Of a stretch of DNA of 64,000 nt, positions 9,773 to 18,916 are shown in pieces. The notes beneath the pieces are model-generated. The model searched no databases. It saw only the letters and a list, made by a program, of their open reading frames with translations, and was not told the DNA's origin. Every line of letters starts with the position of its first letter. The first letter of the stretch is position 1. Made by a program: the position numbers and the translations under genes. The DNA lies in IMG/VR virus record IMGVR_UViG_3300049596_000323, positions 1-64,000 of that record. One strand, written 5' to 3'. This stretch comes from a virus. Taxonomy: Duplodnaviria > Heunggongvirae > Uroviricota > Caudoviricetes.

Positions 9773-10912
9773 TTAAGGAATCAAAGTAGTTGTTGTTGAA
9801 GTACTAGGCCAAATAGTAGTTGTAGTACTAGTTGTAGAAGTGATATCACCACTTTCATCAGATACAACACCCAAAGCAGCCTCTAATACATCTAAGATGT
9901 CTTGAGTTAACGCTTGTGGAGCAGCAATGATTACTTGAGAATCTTCAATGATATAATCACCCCACTTGTAAGCAGATTTGTCATACTCATTAAACTTGAT
10001 ATACAAAGTATCGTAAGTAGTACCATCAGTTACCCAAGACTCAAAGTTCTCGTTGTAACCAACCATTCTGTACAAATGCTTCAAATAACCAGCTTGGTAG
10101 CTATAGAAGTTTTTCTCTAATTGTTGAATCTCTCCAGAAGTACCAGAAACATAAGAACTACGTTGAGTAATTACAGCTTGAGCTACTTGGTTACAAGGAT
10201 CATCAACAATGAAGTCAGCAGTTGTAGCTGGACCAGAGAAGATGAATGTACGGAAATACATACGGTCATACTCCCAAGGGAATGCAGCCACATCACATGG
10301 TTGTCCATAGATAGTCAAAGGCTTACCGCTAATAACTAACTTAGCACTTGCATTATTACCAACTCTTTGGAATTGATAGAAAGTGTCAAAGCTAATGTTG
10401 TCAGGGTTGTTACCTGGAGCTTTTTGACGTAACTTGATGATTAATTCATCAATTAAAGCAGGTACATCAACATCTGTACAAGGATCACCACCACATTCTA
10501 AACATGGAGCGTTTACAGTTACACTACGAGTGAAACCGTTGAAATACAATGTGTCAATGTAACTAGAGAAAGCACGTAATGTTAAAGTTACAACTTCACC
10601 TGGTTTTACAGTGAAATCACCAACTTCTGTTACTTGGTTAGCAGCAACTGGATTACCTGTAACTTTGTACCATTCAGATACATTGTCTGCAGAAATCTTG
10701 TCAGAACGCTTAGAACCTTGTAAATACGTGTTTACTCTACCTTGAGCTAAATAGAAATAAGGAGCAGCTGCAATGTTACCTACAGTTGCAACAGCATAGT
10801 TATTGGTATAAATACCAAACTGACCAGCTGTTAAGTCTTGTGTTGATCCAGAGCTAGGTAATGAATTTCCTACTGGTACAACAAAGAGGGTGGTTAATGA
10901 AAAATCCGCCAT
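9773..10912 (-). CDS. structural protein with C-terminal poly-Thr linker
   Basis: 379 aa ending TSTTSTTTTIWPSTSTTTTLIP. Confidence 0.4.
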   Translation of the reverse strand: MADFSLTTLFVVPVGNSLPSSGSTQDLTAGQFGIYTNNYAVATVGNIAAAPYFYLAQGRVNTYLQGSKRSDKISADNVSEWYKVTGNPVAANQVTEVGDFTVKPGEVVTLTLRAFSSYIDTLYFNGFTRSVTVNAPCLECGGDPCTDVDVPALIDELIIKLRQKAPGNNPDNISFDTFYQFQRVGNNASAKLVISGKPLTIYGQPCDVAAFPWEYDRMYFRTFIFSGPATTADFIVDDPCNQVAQAVITQRSSYVSGTSGEIQQLEKNFYSYQAGYLKHLYRMVGYNENFESWVTDGTTYDTLYIKFNEYDKSAYKWGDYIIEDSQVIIAAPQALTQDILDVLEAALGVVSDESGDITSTTSTTTTIWPSTSTTTTLIP

Positions 10913-10938
10913 TTTGTTTTATTTTAAATTATGAAAAA

Positions 10939-11670
10939 TTACTCGTTTGTTTGAATCCTCATCTGAGCTGATTGAACTGCAGACATGTTTTCTGTGTACA
11001 TTGCTAAATTTTGAACTGTTAAATCTACTAATTCATCTTCTAAGTATAATTCAAGTTCGCAATTTTGGTTAATTGATGGTTGTCCATCAAAGTCAGTATA
11101 CCCTACTGAATCAATATACACTGGGTATCTCATATAAGATATGTACATCTTACTTGGTGTAAATGTACCATCTGTAAATATACTTATCTCATCAGAAGAT
11201 ATAAAGTTGAATGTCTCTTGATATTCAAAAGAAGGTCTATAATGAGTATTGTTTAAAAGCACAGATAAATCACCATGCTTTGCCAAATCCTTATTAATCC
11301 ATATCTTTCTATCAGTACATCTTCCTTTATTAGCCAAAACATATGAGTCTACATAGAACATATATTTAGGAACTAATAAATCTAAATCAGCAGACCATTG
11401 ATTTAACTCTGTGTTTTTTAAAGTTAGAGATAGTTCACCATCAATATAGTTCACTACCAATCTTTGTAGGTCTTCGTAACGCTTTTTAAAAGAGTCAAAG
11501 CCCATACCTGAAACTGTACTAAACCCATCAACCTTTTGCTTTATAAGCTTTATCTGAGCTTCATTTAAAGCTAAAATTTTGTCTTCTAGGTTAATTTGTT
11601 GATGCTCGTTAGTTGATAGTTTATTTAGTTTCTGGTCTATCTTATATAATAAACTATCTACAGGGATCAT
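10939..11670 (-). CDS. hypothetical structural protein
   Basis: 243-aa ORF; its end overlaps the upstream gene (ATGA coupling). Confidence 0.4.
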   Translation of the reverse strand: MIPVDSLLYKIDQKLNKLSTNEHQQINLEDKILALNEAQIKLIKQKVDGFSTVSGMGFDSFKKRYEDLQRLVVNYIDGELSLTLKNTELNQWSADLDLLVPKYMFYVDSYVLANKGRCTDRKIWINKDLAKHGDLSVLLNNTHYRPSFEYQETFNFISSDEISIFTDGTFTPSKMYISYMRYPVYIDSVGYTDFDGQPSINQNCELELYLEDELVDLTVQNLAMYTENMSAVQSAQMRIQTNE

Positions 11671-12635
11671 ACAGAGGCTAGTTTTTTAAGTTTCAATTTT
11701 TGTTCCAAAGTGATCAATGCATCTTGATTATCTTCATCTGCTAAGAATCTGATTAAATCATCTTCATCTTTTGCAATAGCATGTTCACCTTCATATACTT
11801 TGTCATTTGCTTTTATTCTATAAATAGAATGTGCAACTGCTTGTTTTACTAAATCTTTAATATGGAGTAAGTTTTCACTCATGTCTGCAAATCTGTTAAA
11901 CACTTCTACAGGATTTAAACCAGCGTGTTTACCATTTTTGAATTCAGTTTGTTTTAATAGGTTGTCTACTTGGTTATATACAGACTCTTCTTTAGAATCT
12001 TCACTAACTGGTAAACCTAATAATCTTGCTACCTTACGTTTCTTTTCAGGAGTCATTGCATCAAACTTAACAATAGCCTTGTTGATCAATTGTTTCTTCT
12101 TGAAAATCACTTGGTTTTCAATCTCATCATCAGCAACATAAAATTGTATATCTGCTGAATATTCACCACGCTCCCATGCTTGATAGCTAGAAGCAATTGT
12201 TGGATGAACTCTTAACCATGCAAAAGCTAACTCTTGAGATGGATTACTAAAATCAAAGAAGTTATCACCATCCATTAACTTAACAGCTTGTACATGTAGT
12301 ACATCATCTGTAGATGTAGACAATCCATAGTTCCAAAATTTAGAACGAGGACCTAAGTCAATATCACCCATAGCAGCTTCAAGTTTAGCTTTCAATGCTG
12401 TAACTCTTTCAACTTCTAACTCTCTTTCAAGATTATCACTAATGCGTCTAATGTAAGCAGCATTTGGATCAAGACCTGTTCTGTACTGTCCATCAAGTTC
12501 TTTATAAGGATACTTGAAAACACCTGTACCAGGAATTCTTGTTAAGCCTTTCTGTGCAAGACCAGCCTGCATCGTTTGTAACTGAGAATTGTTATACTCT
12601 TTTTTTAACGTAGAGATTTTTCCTATCTTACCCAT
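11667..12635 (-). CDS. hypothetical structural protein
   Basis: 322-aa ORF directly downstream of the capsid gene. Confidence 0.4.
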   Translation of the reverse strand: MGKIGKISTLKKEYNNSQLQTMQAGLAQKGLTRIPGTGVFKYPYKELDGQYRTGLDPNAAYIRRISDNLERELEVERVTALKAKLEAAMGDIDLGPRSKFWNYGLSTSTDDVLHVQAVKLMDGDNFFDFSNPSQELAFAWLRVHPTIASSYQAWERGEYSADIQFYVADDEIENQVIFKKKQLINKAIVKFDAMTPEKKRKVARLLGLPVSEDSKEESVYNQVDNLLKQTEFKNGKHAGLNPVEVFNRFADMSENLLHIKDLVKQAVAHSIYRIKANDKVYEGEHAIAKDEDDLIRFLADEDNQDALITLEQKLKLKKLASV

Positions 12636-12639
12636 ATGT

Positions 12640-12800
12640 AGTTGTTTTTTATTGGTTTATTTGCAGATGGTTCCCATTGAAGGGAATGCGGTGGGGCATG
12701 GAGCCCAAACCCATCCATCTGTGTAAGAAGATTCCCCCTCGTTGAGGGAGGGGGGAACATCTTCTCTGTGTAGTTTTAAGGATTTTAACCCTTAACTCTT
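12640..12800 (-). other. GC-rich structured intergenic element downstream of the major capsid gene
   Basis: In AT-rich DNA there are three hairpins: TTCCC-ATTGAA-GGGAA, GGGC-ATGGA-GCCC and CCCCCTC...GAGGGGG. Confidence 0.4.
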
Positions 12801-12803
12801 TTA

Positions 12804-14357
12804 TTAGAATTGAGGAATTTCTTCAATCAATACTGTTCTAGATAAATCTTCAATGAATACATCACAACGATCTTTCATCCAGATTTCGTATCCTGGGAAT
12901 TTATTTGCAGAACTCATACCTTGAGACTTAGCAAAGCCTAAGTGGTGACGAGTACCATCAATATAACCCCAAGTCATAGAAGGAGCACCCTTCATACGTA
13001 CTTCACGAATGTTGTTGATCATAGAACCATCAGACATTGGAGATACATCAAACACCATAAATACTGGAGTTGACTTCTTATTCTGACCAAATTCTAAGTT
13101 TGTTTGAGGAAGATCTAATTCTTTCAAGTGGATCAATTCAACACGACCAGTCTCACGTGTAACCATTGCATCAAATGCAAAGTTGTAAGTAATGTGTTGA
13201 CCTTCTCCTTGTAAATATCTGTTACCAGAATCAGCCATGAAAGTTAAACCTGAATTCAATGCATCATTCTTTAAAGCTTGTTGGAACACGTCAAAACCAG
13301 CTTCGTTAGTGTACATTTTAACTCTACGATCCTTAACATCAACACGTCTGTAGAACAAGTCACCAAACACTGAACGAATCAAGTTTGCAGTGAACTCACC
13401 ACGGTTGTATTGTACTAAGTTACCGTTATTACGCATTCTGTGGTAAACACCAGCAGATGTACGCTTTAATTCTTGCTTAGAACCATTAGTCTTCACGGTA
13501 CCAGGCTTAGCCCAGATCATACGCTTAACTTTTAATTCTAACATAGACTTACGCATCCAGAACTCAATAAATGGTTCCCACTTAACATCATTACGAGTTA
13601 AAGGTAATTGGTTACGTCTTTGAGGAGCATATACTAAAATGTCTAAAGCTTTACCAGAAGCATCAACCATCATCTTATCATCAGCCCACTCAGTGATTTT
13701 GTGCTCATAACCATATGCAGAACCTAAAGATTCAAACATTGTGATTTGCTCACCTAAACGAGGAAGACCTAATAAGTCTTGGTCAAATTCACCAATTGCA
13801 GCATCAACTAATTCCAATTCAATACCAACTCTTAAGAAGTTAGGACTAACGAAATCTACAGTTGGATTGTCTGTAACTAAAGTGAAAGTGTATAAGTAAC
13901 CCATGTTCCAGTTTACTGGATCTTTGATTACATAGAAACGAGGACCATACTGACGAGTACCTACAGATACAATTGCATTCTTAGAGAACTCATTAGTATC
14001 AATTACTAATTGGAATTCTTGACCATCAATACCTGGCTTGCTCAGCTCTAAAGTACTTGTTGGAATGTCAATGATTTTAGGGAACTTGTATGGAACTTGT
14101 ACCTGCCACTTCCAAGCATCACTGTTGTTGTCAATATAGTAAGGAGTGCTCTTGTTAATCATGTCCAAGAAGTCATTACTGTAAAGAGAGCTTTGAGTAT
14201 ACAAACTGATAATTTTCTTATCATAATCTGCTGGCTCTGTAGAGTGAAAGCTTTCCAAGTGGTTAGCATCTGTTAATTTACCTACAGCACGCTTGTCCAT
14301 AGAAGCTACTCTTGCGTAAGTAAAACCAGTTAAACCTGGAATTGTTTGAATTGCCAT
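12804..14357 (-). CDS. major capsid protein candidate
   Basis: 517-aa ORF immediately after the scaffold gene, in the terminase-portal-scaffold-capsid order; called by position only. Confidence 0.5.
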   Translation of the reverse strand: MAIQTIPGLTGFTYARVASMDKRAVGKLTDANHLESFHSTEPADYDKKIISLYTQSSLYSNDFLDMINKSTPYYIDNNSDAWKWQVQVPYKFPKIIDIPTSTLELSKPGIDGQEFQLVIDTNEFSKNAIVSVGTRQYGPRFYVIKDPVNWNMGYLYTFTLVTDNPTVDFVSPNFLRVGIELELVDAAIGEFDQDLLGLPRLGEQITMFESLGSAYGYEHKITEWADDKMMVDASGKALDILVYAPQRRNQLPLTRNDVKWEPFIEFWMRKSMLELKVKRMIWAKPGTVKTNGSKQELKRTSAGVYHRMRNNGNLVQYNRGEFTANLIRSVFGDLFYRRVDVKDRRVKMYTNEAGFDVFQQALKNDALNSGLTFMADSGNRYLQGEGQHITYNFAFDAMVTRETGRVELIHLKELDLPQTNLEFGQNKKSTPVFMVFDVSPMSDGSMINNIREVRMKGAPSMTWGYIDGTRHHLGFAKSQGMSSANKFPGYEIWMKDRCDVFIEDLSRTVLIEEIPQF

Positions 14358-14393
14358 TTTTTTATTTTTTTAATTAATGTTTATTGAAATTGT

Positions 14394-15680
14394 TTATTGA
14401 AACCATGAGTTAGCTTTGACTGGTTGTTTAGATTTCACAGCACTTTTACTAACCTGTCTGGCTACCTCACCAAACAATTCATTTGACTTTTTGGTGACAC
14501 CATTCTTTTGAATCGTAGAAAGTGTAGGATCTTTTTCCAAGATCTTAAGTAAAAGAGCAACTTTCACTTTTCTTTCATGATTCTCAGGACGTTTAAGTTC
14601 TAGAATAGTACGATCAAAGTCTGTTAATGTTTCACCAGAATTTGTCTTGTACTTATCTGTTACTAAGAAATCTTGTAGTTCACCAGCCAGTTTTGGATTA
14701 AGAGGAATACCATCAAACTCTTTTGCTTTTAGCTTGTCTTGTAACACTTGGGTTACATTATTAGCATATTGCTGTTTATATTGAGCTTGTTGTTGTAATT
14801 GTACTTCTTTCTCTTGTTCCATTTTTTGAAGCTTTACAGCTTCTTTCTTTACTAAGACCTTGTGATGCTTTGTAGCAACACTTTCAAGATCTCCGTAGTT
14901 CTTAAGTCTTTCAACTTCAGATGTAACATCTTCAGGATCAAATCCTTGATCAGCTAAAGCTTGTTTAATTACAGAAACCTGATTTGCTTCTTGTGCAAGA
15001 TCCATTTCAGCAAATGATTGAATTTGGTTATATGTACCAAAGTAATCTTTAGGATCAACTCCTTTTACAAATATGGCATCAAATGCATTACGATAATCTT
15101 CTCCAAATTGACCAATGAAGTTATCAACCACTTCAATAGCTCCTTTCTTTTTCTCAGCATTAAACTTCTCTAAGAATTGTTCTGGAGTTGTAATTGGTTC
15201 TTCTTCTTCATCTTCTCCTTGAGTGAATACACCCAGTTTGAAAAGGTCTTTAGATAAAGATGAAAATGTTGACTCAGGAGCATCATCTCCTTCCTCTTCA
15301 TCAGCATCATCTTGTTTACTATCTTGTTTACTAGTTTTTGCAACTGGTTGATTATCAGTATCTTCTGAATCATCACCATCTTCTTCATCGTCTCCACCTA
15401 ATAAGAAGTCTGTTAAAGATTTCTTTTCATCAGGTTTTTTATCAGAAGTGTCATCACTAGAATTGTCTGCATCAGGTTTTTTACCTGAATTTGCAGAAGT
15501 AGTTTTTTTATCAGGAGCAGGAGGGGGAGTGTCATTAATATCCTTAATGTCATCAGGATTAGATGTAGCACTATCAGGGCCCATTAAATCGTTTAACAAT
15601 TCAGCGTTGCCCATTCCCATTTCCATTGTATCTTGGATACTAAAGTTCCCAAAACCTGGATTATCTAGATTTTCAGCCAT
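14394..15680 (-). CDS. scaffolding protein candidate
   Basis: Highly acidic low-complexity N-terminal half (DDSEDTDNQ...EEEGDD) and a Q/K-rich coiled-coil C-terminal half; sits between portal and capsid. Confidence 0.5.
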   Translation of the reverse strand: MAENLDNPGFGNFSIQDTMEMGMGNAELLNDLMGPDSATSNPDDIKDINDTPPPAPDKKTTSANSGKKPDADNSSDDTSDKKPDEKKSLTDFLLGGDDEEDGDDSEDTDNQPVAKTSKQDSKQDDADEEEGDDAPESTFSSLSKDLFKLGVFTQGEDEEEEPITTPEQFLEKFNAEKKKGAIEVVDNFIGQFGEDYRNAFDAIFVKGVDPKDYFGTYNQIQSFAEMDLAQEANQVSVIKQALADQGFDPEDVTSEVERLKNYGDLESVATKHHKVLVKKEAVKLQKMEQEKEVQLQQQAQYKQQYANNVTQVLQDKLKAKEFDGIPLNPKLAGELQDFLVTDKYKTNSGETLTDFDRTILELKRPENHERKVKVALLLKILEKDPTLSTIQKNGVTKKSNELFGEVARQVSKSAVKSKQPVKANSWFQ

Positions 15681-15800
15681 ATGTAGTTGAGTTTTAATTG
15701 GTTTTGTAATGTAAAAGTATACTATAGTAAATTAATATCAAAGAGATGAAGCTCTATATAGATCATTATTTAAGATAATATAGCATTAATATTTTTTACT

Positions 15801-16331
15801 CTAATCTAATTTATTAATAAAGTTGTCATTTATAAGTCTAATGCTTCTTATTGGAGCTAGGTCAGTGAGTGTAACTTGTTGAACTTCAACCCCCCACTTC
15901 TTAGCTTCCACCCTCACTTTCTTAGTAAGAGTGTTATCAATTTCAGCATCTGTACACTCATCTAATGTCATAGACATAATGACATTTTTAATGATAGCTT
16001 GTGCCATATCTGATATAGCATCTTGAGCATCCCAAACTTCTAATAAGAATATTTTAACGTCAGCTATCTTATATTTAATCAATCCTTTCACAACAATATT
16101 CTGTTTATCTGCTGTATACAAAGATTGTGCATCAAGACTTAATGTTGTAGTGACAACATGCTGGTCAATCACCTCGTCAAACATTGGAATTTTCAAATGT
16201 ATTCCAGGTTCAAGAACTTTTTTAAATTTTCCAAACCTAAGTAATACAGCTTTCTCGTAATCTCTTATTATAATTATTGGGGTTAGTTGTAACCACCAAT
16301 TAGATATAATCTCAATCAGTTTATCAAACAT
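15801..16331 (-). CDS. SPFH/band-7 (stomatin/prohibitin-like) domain protein
   Basis: AVLLRFGKFKKVLEPGIHLKIPMFDEV...TADKQNIVVKGLIKYKI follows the SPFH consensus. Confidence 0.6.
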   Translation of the reverse strand: MFDKLIEIISNWWLQLTPIIIIRDYEKAVLLRFGKFKKVLEPGIHLKIPMFDEVIDQHVVTTTLSLDAQSLYTADKQNIVVKGLIKYKIADVKIFLLEVWDAQDAISDMAQAIIKNVIMSMTLDECTDAEIDNTLTKKVRVEAKKWGVEVQQVTLTDLAPIRSIRLINDNFINKLD

Positions 16332-16333
16332 AA

Positions 16334-18916
16334 CTATTTAGTTTTCTTGTTCGCCCTACCTTTAGCATTCTCTTTAGCAATAGCTAAATCATTTGCTTGA
16401 TTCTCTCTAGATACTTTTAACTTTTCTTTTTCTACTTCAAGTTTTTGTAAAGCTAATGTATTTTTAGATTGAATATCGTTCATTTTTAATTGATAATCAT
16501 TAGCAGCTTTTGTTTGTTCACGCATTAATTTATCAACTTCTAAAGCATCAGGAACTCCATTTATGTCTGTATCTGGTAATCCCCCTTTAGATTCAGCAGA
16601 AATAATAGCAATTTCTTTCTTATTAATTCTGTCTAATGCATTTTGATAATCATCATGAGCTATTTTTTCAGCTTGCATTTGTTTAGCACTTTCAATAGCT
16701 GCCATAGATTGCTGTTGCTGTTGCTCAAGTTCTTGTTGCTTTTGTTGCATTTGTTGATCTTGCATTTGATCTTGACGATCTTTAAGTGTCTTAAACACCT
16801 TCTTCATCTGACGTACAGAGTTAGTGCTGTAAAGCTCAATGATATCATGTAATGAACCACCGTTTTGTAAAACAGCTTGAGATAAGCCTCTAATTTCATT
16901 AAACATTTTCTGATCTTCTGGTCTATTAGTTAAATACACTTTAAGATCACGGAACTTAAGATCTGTACCATTCACTTGTACAAATGCAGATTCTCCTTCG
17001 TTAGTAATATATGAAATAGTTGACTCAGGTTTTTTAGCTTCTACATATAGTGATGCATCAATTATAGCTTGATAAAGCTGACCTAATACGTATTCATGTG
17101 CAACAAATATAGGCTCAGTTTGAGAATATGATTGTGTAATAGCAGTGTTAGTACCTGTAGCTGATTCACTAGCTGAAATAGATCCCATACGTTGTCTAGA
17201 CATACCTATCAATTCCCAACACTCATTCTTTAATTGTTGAGCTAGTGTATATCTAGATTGGATCTCTTGCGTACGTGTAAGATCAATATCACGGAACTGG
17301 TTAAATGATGATGGGCTCTTCAAATTTTCTGGAGAGTCATCAATAAACATTACACCACGGTTACGTGCTTCCATTTCCCATACATCAAGAGCATCTTGAG
17401 CATCTCCATCTTTAGGAATAGGAATATGTCTAATAGATGTTAAATACACCTTACCAACTTCTTTTTCTAACAGCTTGTATAATTGATTCATACAAACGTT
17501 ATAAAGAACCTGAAAAGGTTTCATCATATCTACCAAGCTTCTAGCTTCTGTATTCTTAACTTCATGTACTAATCCAATGATAGGACAATAAGGAAGTAAT
17601 TTATATGGTTTAATATGATAGATGTCTGGACCAATCTTAACTCCTTGGTACCATTCATTAATCCATCCCCACTCTAACGATTGTTGTGTAGGAATAGTTC
17701 CAGATTTGTAGTTTTCATCTACTAGTAAAGATTGCTCATTACCTAACTCATCTAAGTAAATTAATTTACCAATCTTCTTTTTAGAAATCCAATATGTACG
17801 TACAACAACATACTTGTAACCAAATGAACTAACATTAGATGTAAGACCTAAGAAGTCTTGTAAGCCATCATTGTTCTCTTTCATTTCAGACTCAATTACC
17901 ATTCTTGTTTGTAACACTAATGGATCATATGTATCATATTGTACTGAATCAATACCTGGAATAGCATTAGGATTACCTAGATTAGATTCACGTACGTTAA
18001 TCAAACCATAGTCTTGTAATGAACTACGTAAGTGATCAATCTCTTCTTTAGTGATATCAGGGAACGTTTCAATAATCTCAGATAGTTCCATCACCATAAC
18101 TGTACCAGCAGCATATGCTCCTTGTGCACGTCCTGAAGGATCTGAAATATATTTTCTATCTGGTGTAGTTAAGAAGAATGTATTCTTAGGGTTAGCCACC
18201 TCAATATTAAATCCAACTTTTGAGTTATCTTCATATACATGATAGAACTCTCTAGAAGAAATTAATAAATCTCTAAACGCATCTTCACTTTTTTCTTTTA
18301 AAATAAACTCAGCTTTCTGAGCTGTTAATACATGATTAGCCCACTTCTCTGCAACAGATGTATAAGAATCAAGTTGATCTTTTACATCCTCCATTGTCAT
18401 TTTTTGCAAGTCTTCGTCAGAGATTTCTTCTCCTTTTAAATCAGCTTGTTCTTGTATTTTAGACTGAGCTTGATTAATTACATAATCTTGTAATATACTT
18501 GTTTTAAATTCAAGCTCTTCAGACTTACTATCATCATCAAATGCCTTCACACGGAAAGCATCTGGACGTTTAGAAATCTCACCTACTAATTCATTAATAG
18601 GTGTTGTCATTATAGAATAATGTTTTACATATGCAGGAAGCTGTAAATCAGCTGTTAGCATATCTGTAAAACTTCTCACCTCAGGTTCTTGGTAAAAATC
18701 CTCATGTCTTAAAATACCCTTAACAAGATCGTAGTTCTTAACAAACGTATCACGGTTCTTTACATACTCAGCGTAAGCTTTGTTTGCAAAGTAGTCCATT
18801 GTATTCTTTATCCAACTCTCATCCATCTTTTCCTTCTCAGTTTTAAACTGATCAGGGAAGATGTTTAAATAGGCATACCTAATTGTTGCGTCTTTTGTAT
18901 ATCTTATAATTGCCAT
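16334..18916 (-). CDS. portal protein candidate
   Basis: 860-aa ORF directly downstream of the large terminase; Q-rich coiled-coil C-terminus (QDQMQDQQMQQKQQELEQQQQQ). Confidence 0.5.
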   Translation of the reverse strand: MAIIRYTKDATIRYAYLNIFPDQFKTEKEKMDESWIKNTMDYFANKAYAEYVKNRDTFVKNYDLVKGILRHEDFYQEPEVRSFTDMLTADLQLPAYVKHYSIMTTPINELVGEISKRPDAFRVKAFDDDSKSEELEFKTSILQDYVINQAQSKIQEQADLKGEEISDEDLQKMTMEDVKDQLDSYTSVAEKWANHVLTAQKAEFILKEKSEDAFRDLLISSREFYHVYEDNSKVGFNIEVANPKNTFFLTTPDRKYISDPSGRAQGAYAAGTVMVMELSEIIETFPDITKEEIDHLRSSLQDYGLINVRESNLGNPNAIPGIDSVQYDTYDPLVLQTRMVIESEMKENNDGLQDFLGLTSNVSSFGYKYVVVRTYWISKKKIGKLIYLDELGNEQSLLVDENYKSGTIPTQQSLEWGWINEWYQGVKIGPDIYHIKPYKLLPYCPIIGLVHEVKNTEARSLVDMMKPFQVLYNVCMNQLYKLLEKEVGKVYLTSIRHIPIPKDGDAQDALDVWEMEARNRGVMFIDDSPENLKSPSSFNQFRDIDLTRTQEIQSRYTLAQQLKNECWELIGMSRQRMGSISASESATGTNTAITQSYSQTEPIFVAHEYVLGQLYQAIIDASLYVEAKKPESTISYITNEGESAFVQVNGTDLKFRDLKVYLTNRPEDQKMFNEIRGLSQAVLQNGGSLHDIIELYSTNSVRQMKKVFKTLKDRQDQMQDQQMQQKQQELEQQQQQSMAAIESAKQMQAEKIAHDDYQNALDRINKKEIAIISAESKGGLPDTDINGVPDALEVDKLMREQTKAANDYQLKMNDIQSKNTLALQKLEVEKEKLKVSRENQANDLAIAKENAKGRANKKTK

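Noticed and set aside
14358-14393. Direct repeat TGTTTATTGAAA twice between the scaffold and capsid genes
   Set aside because: It is very short and sits in a ribosome-binding leader. It is most likely a chance AT-rich duplication.
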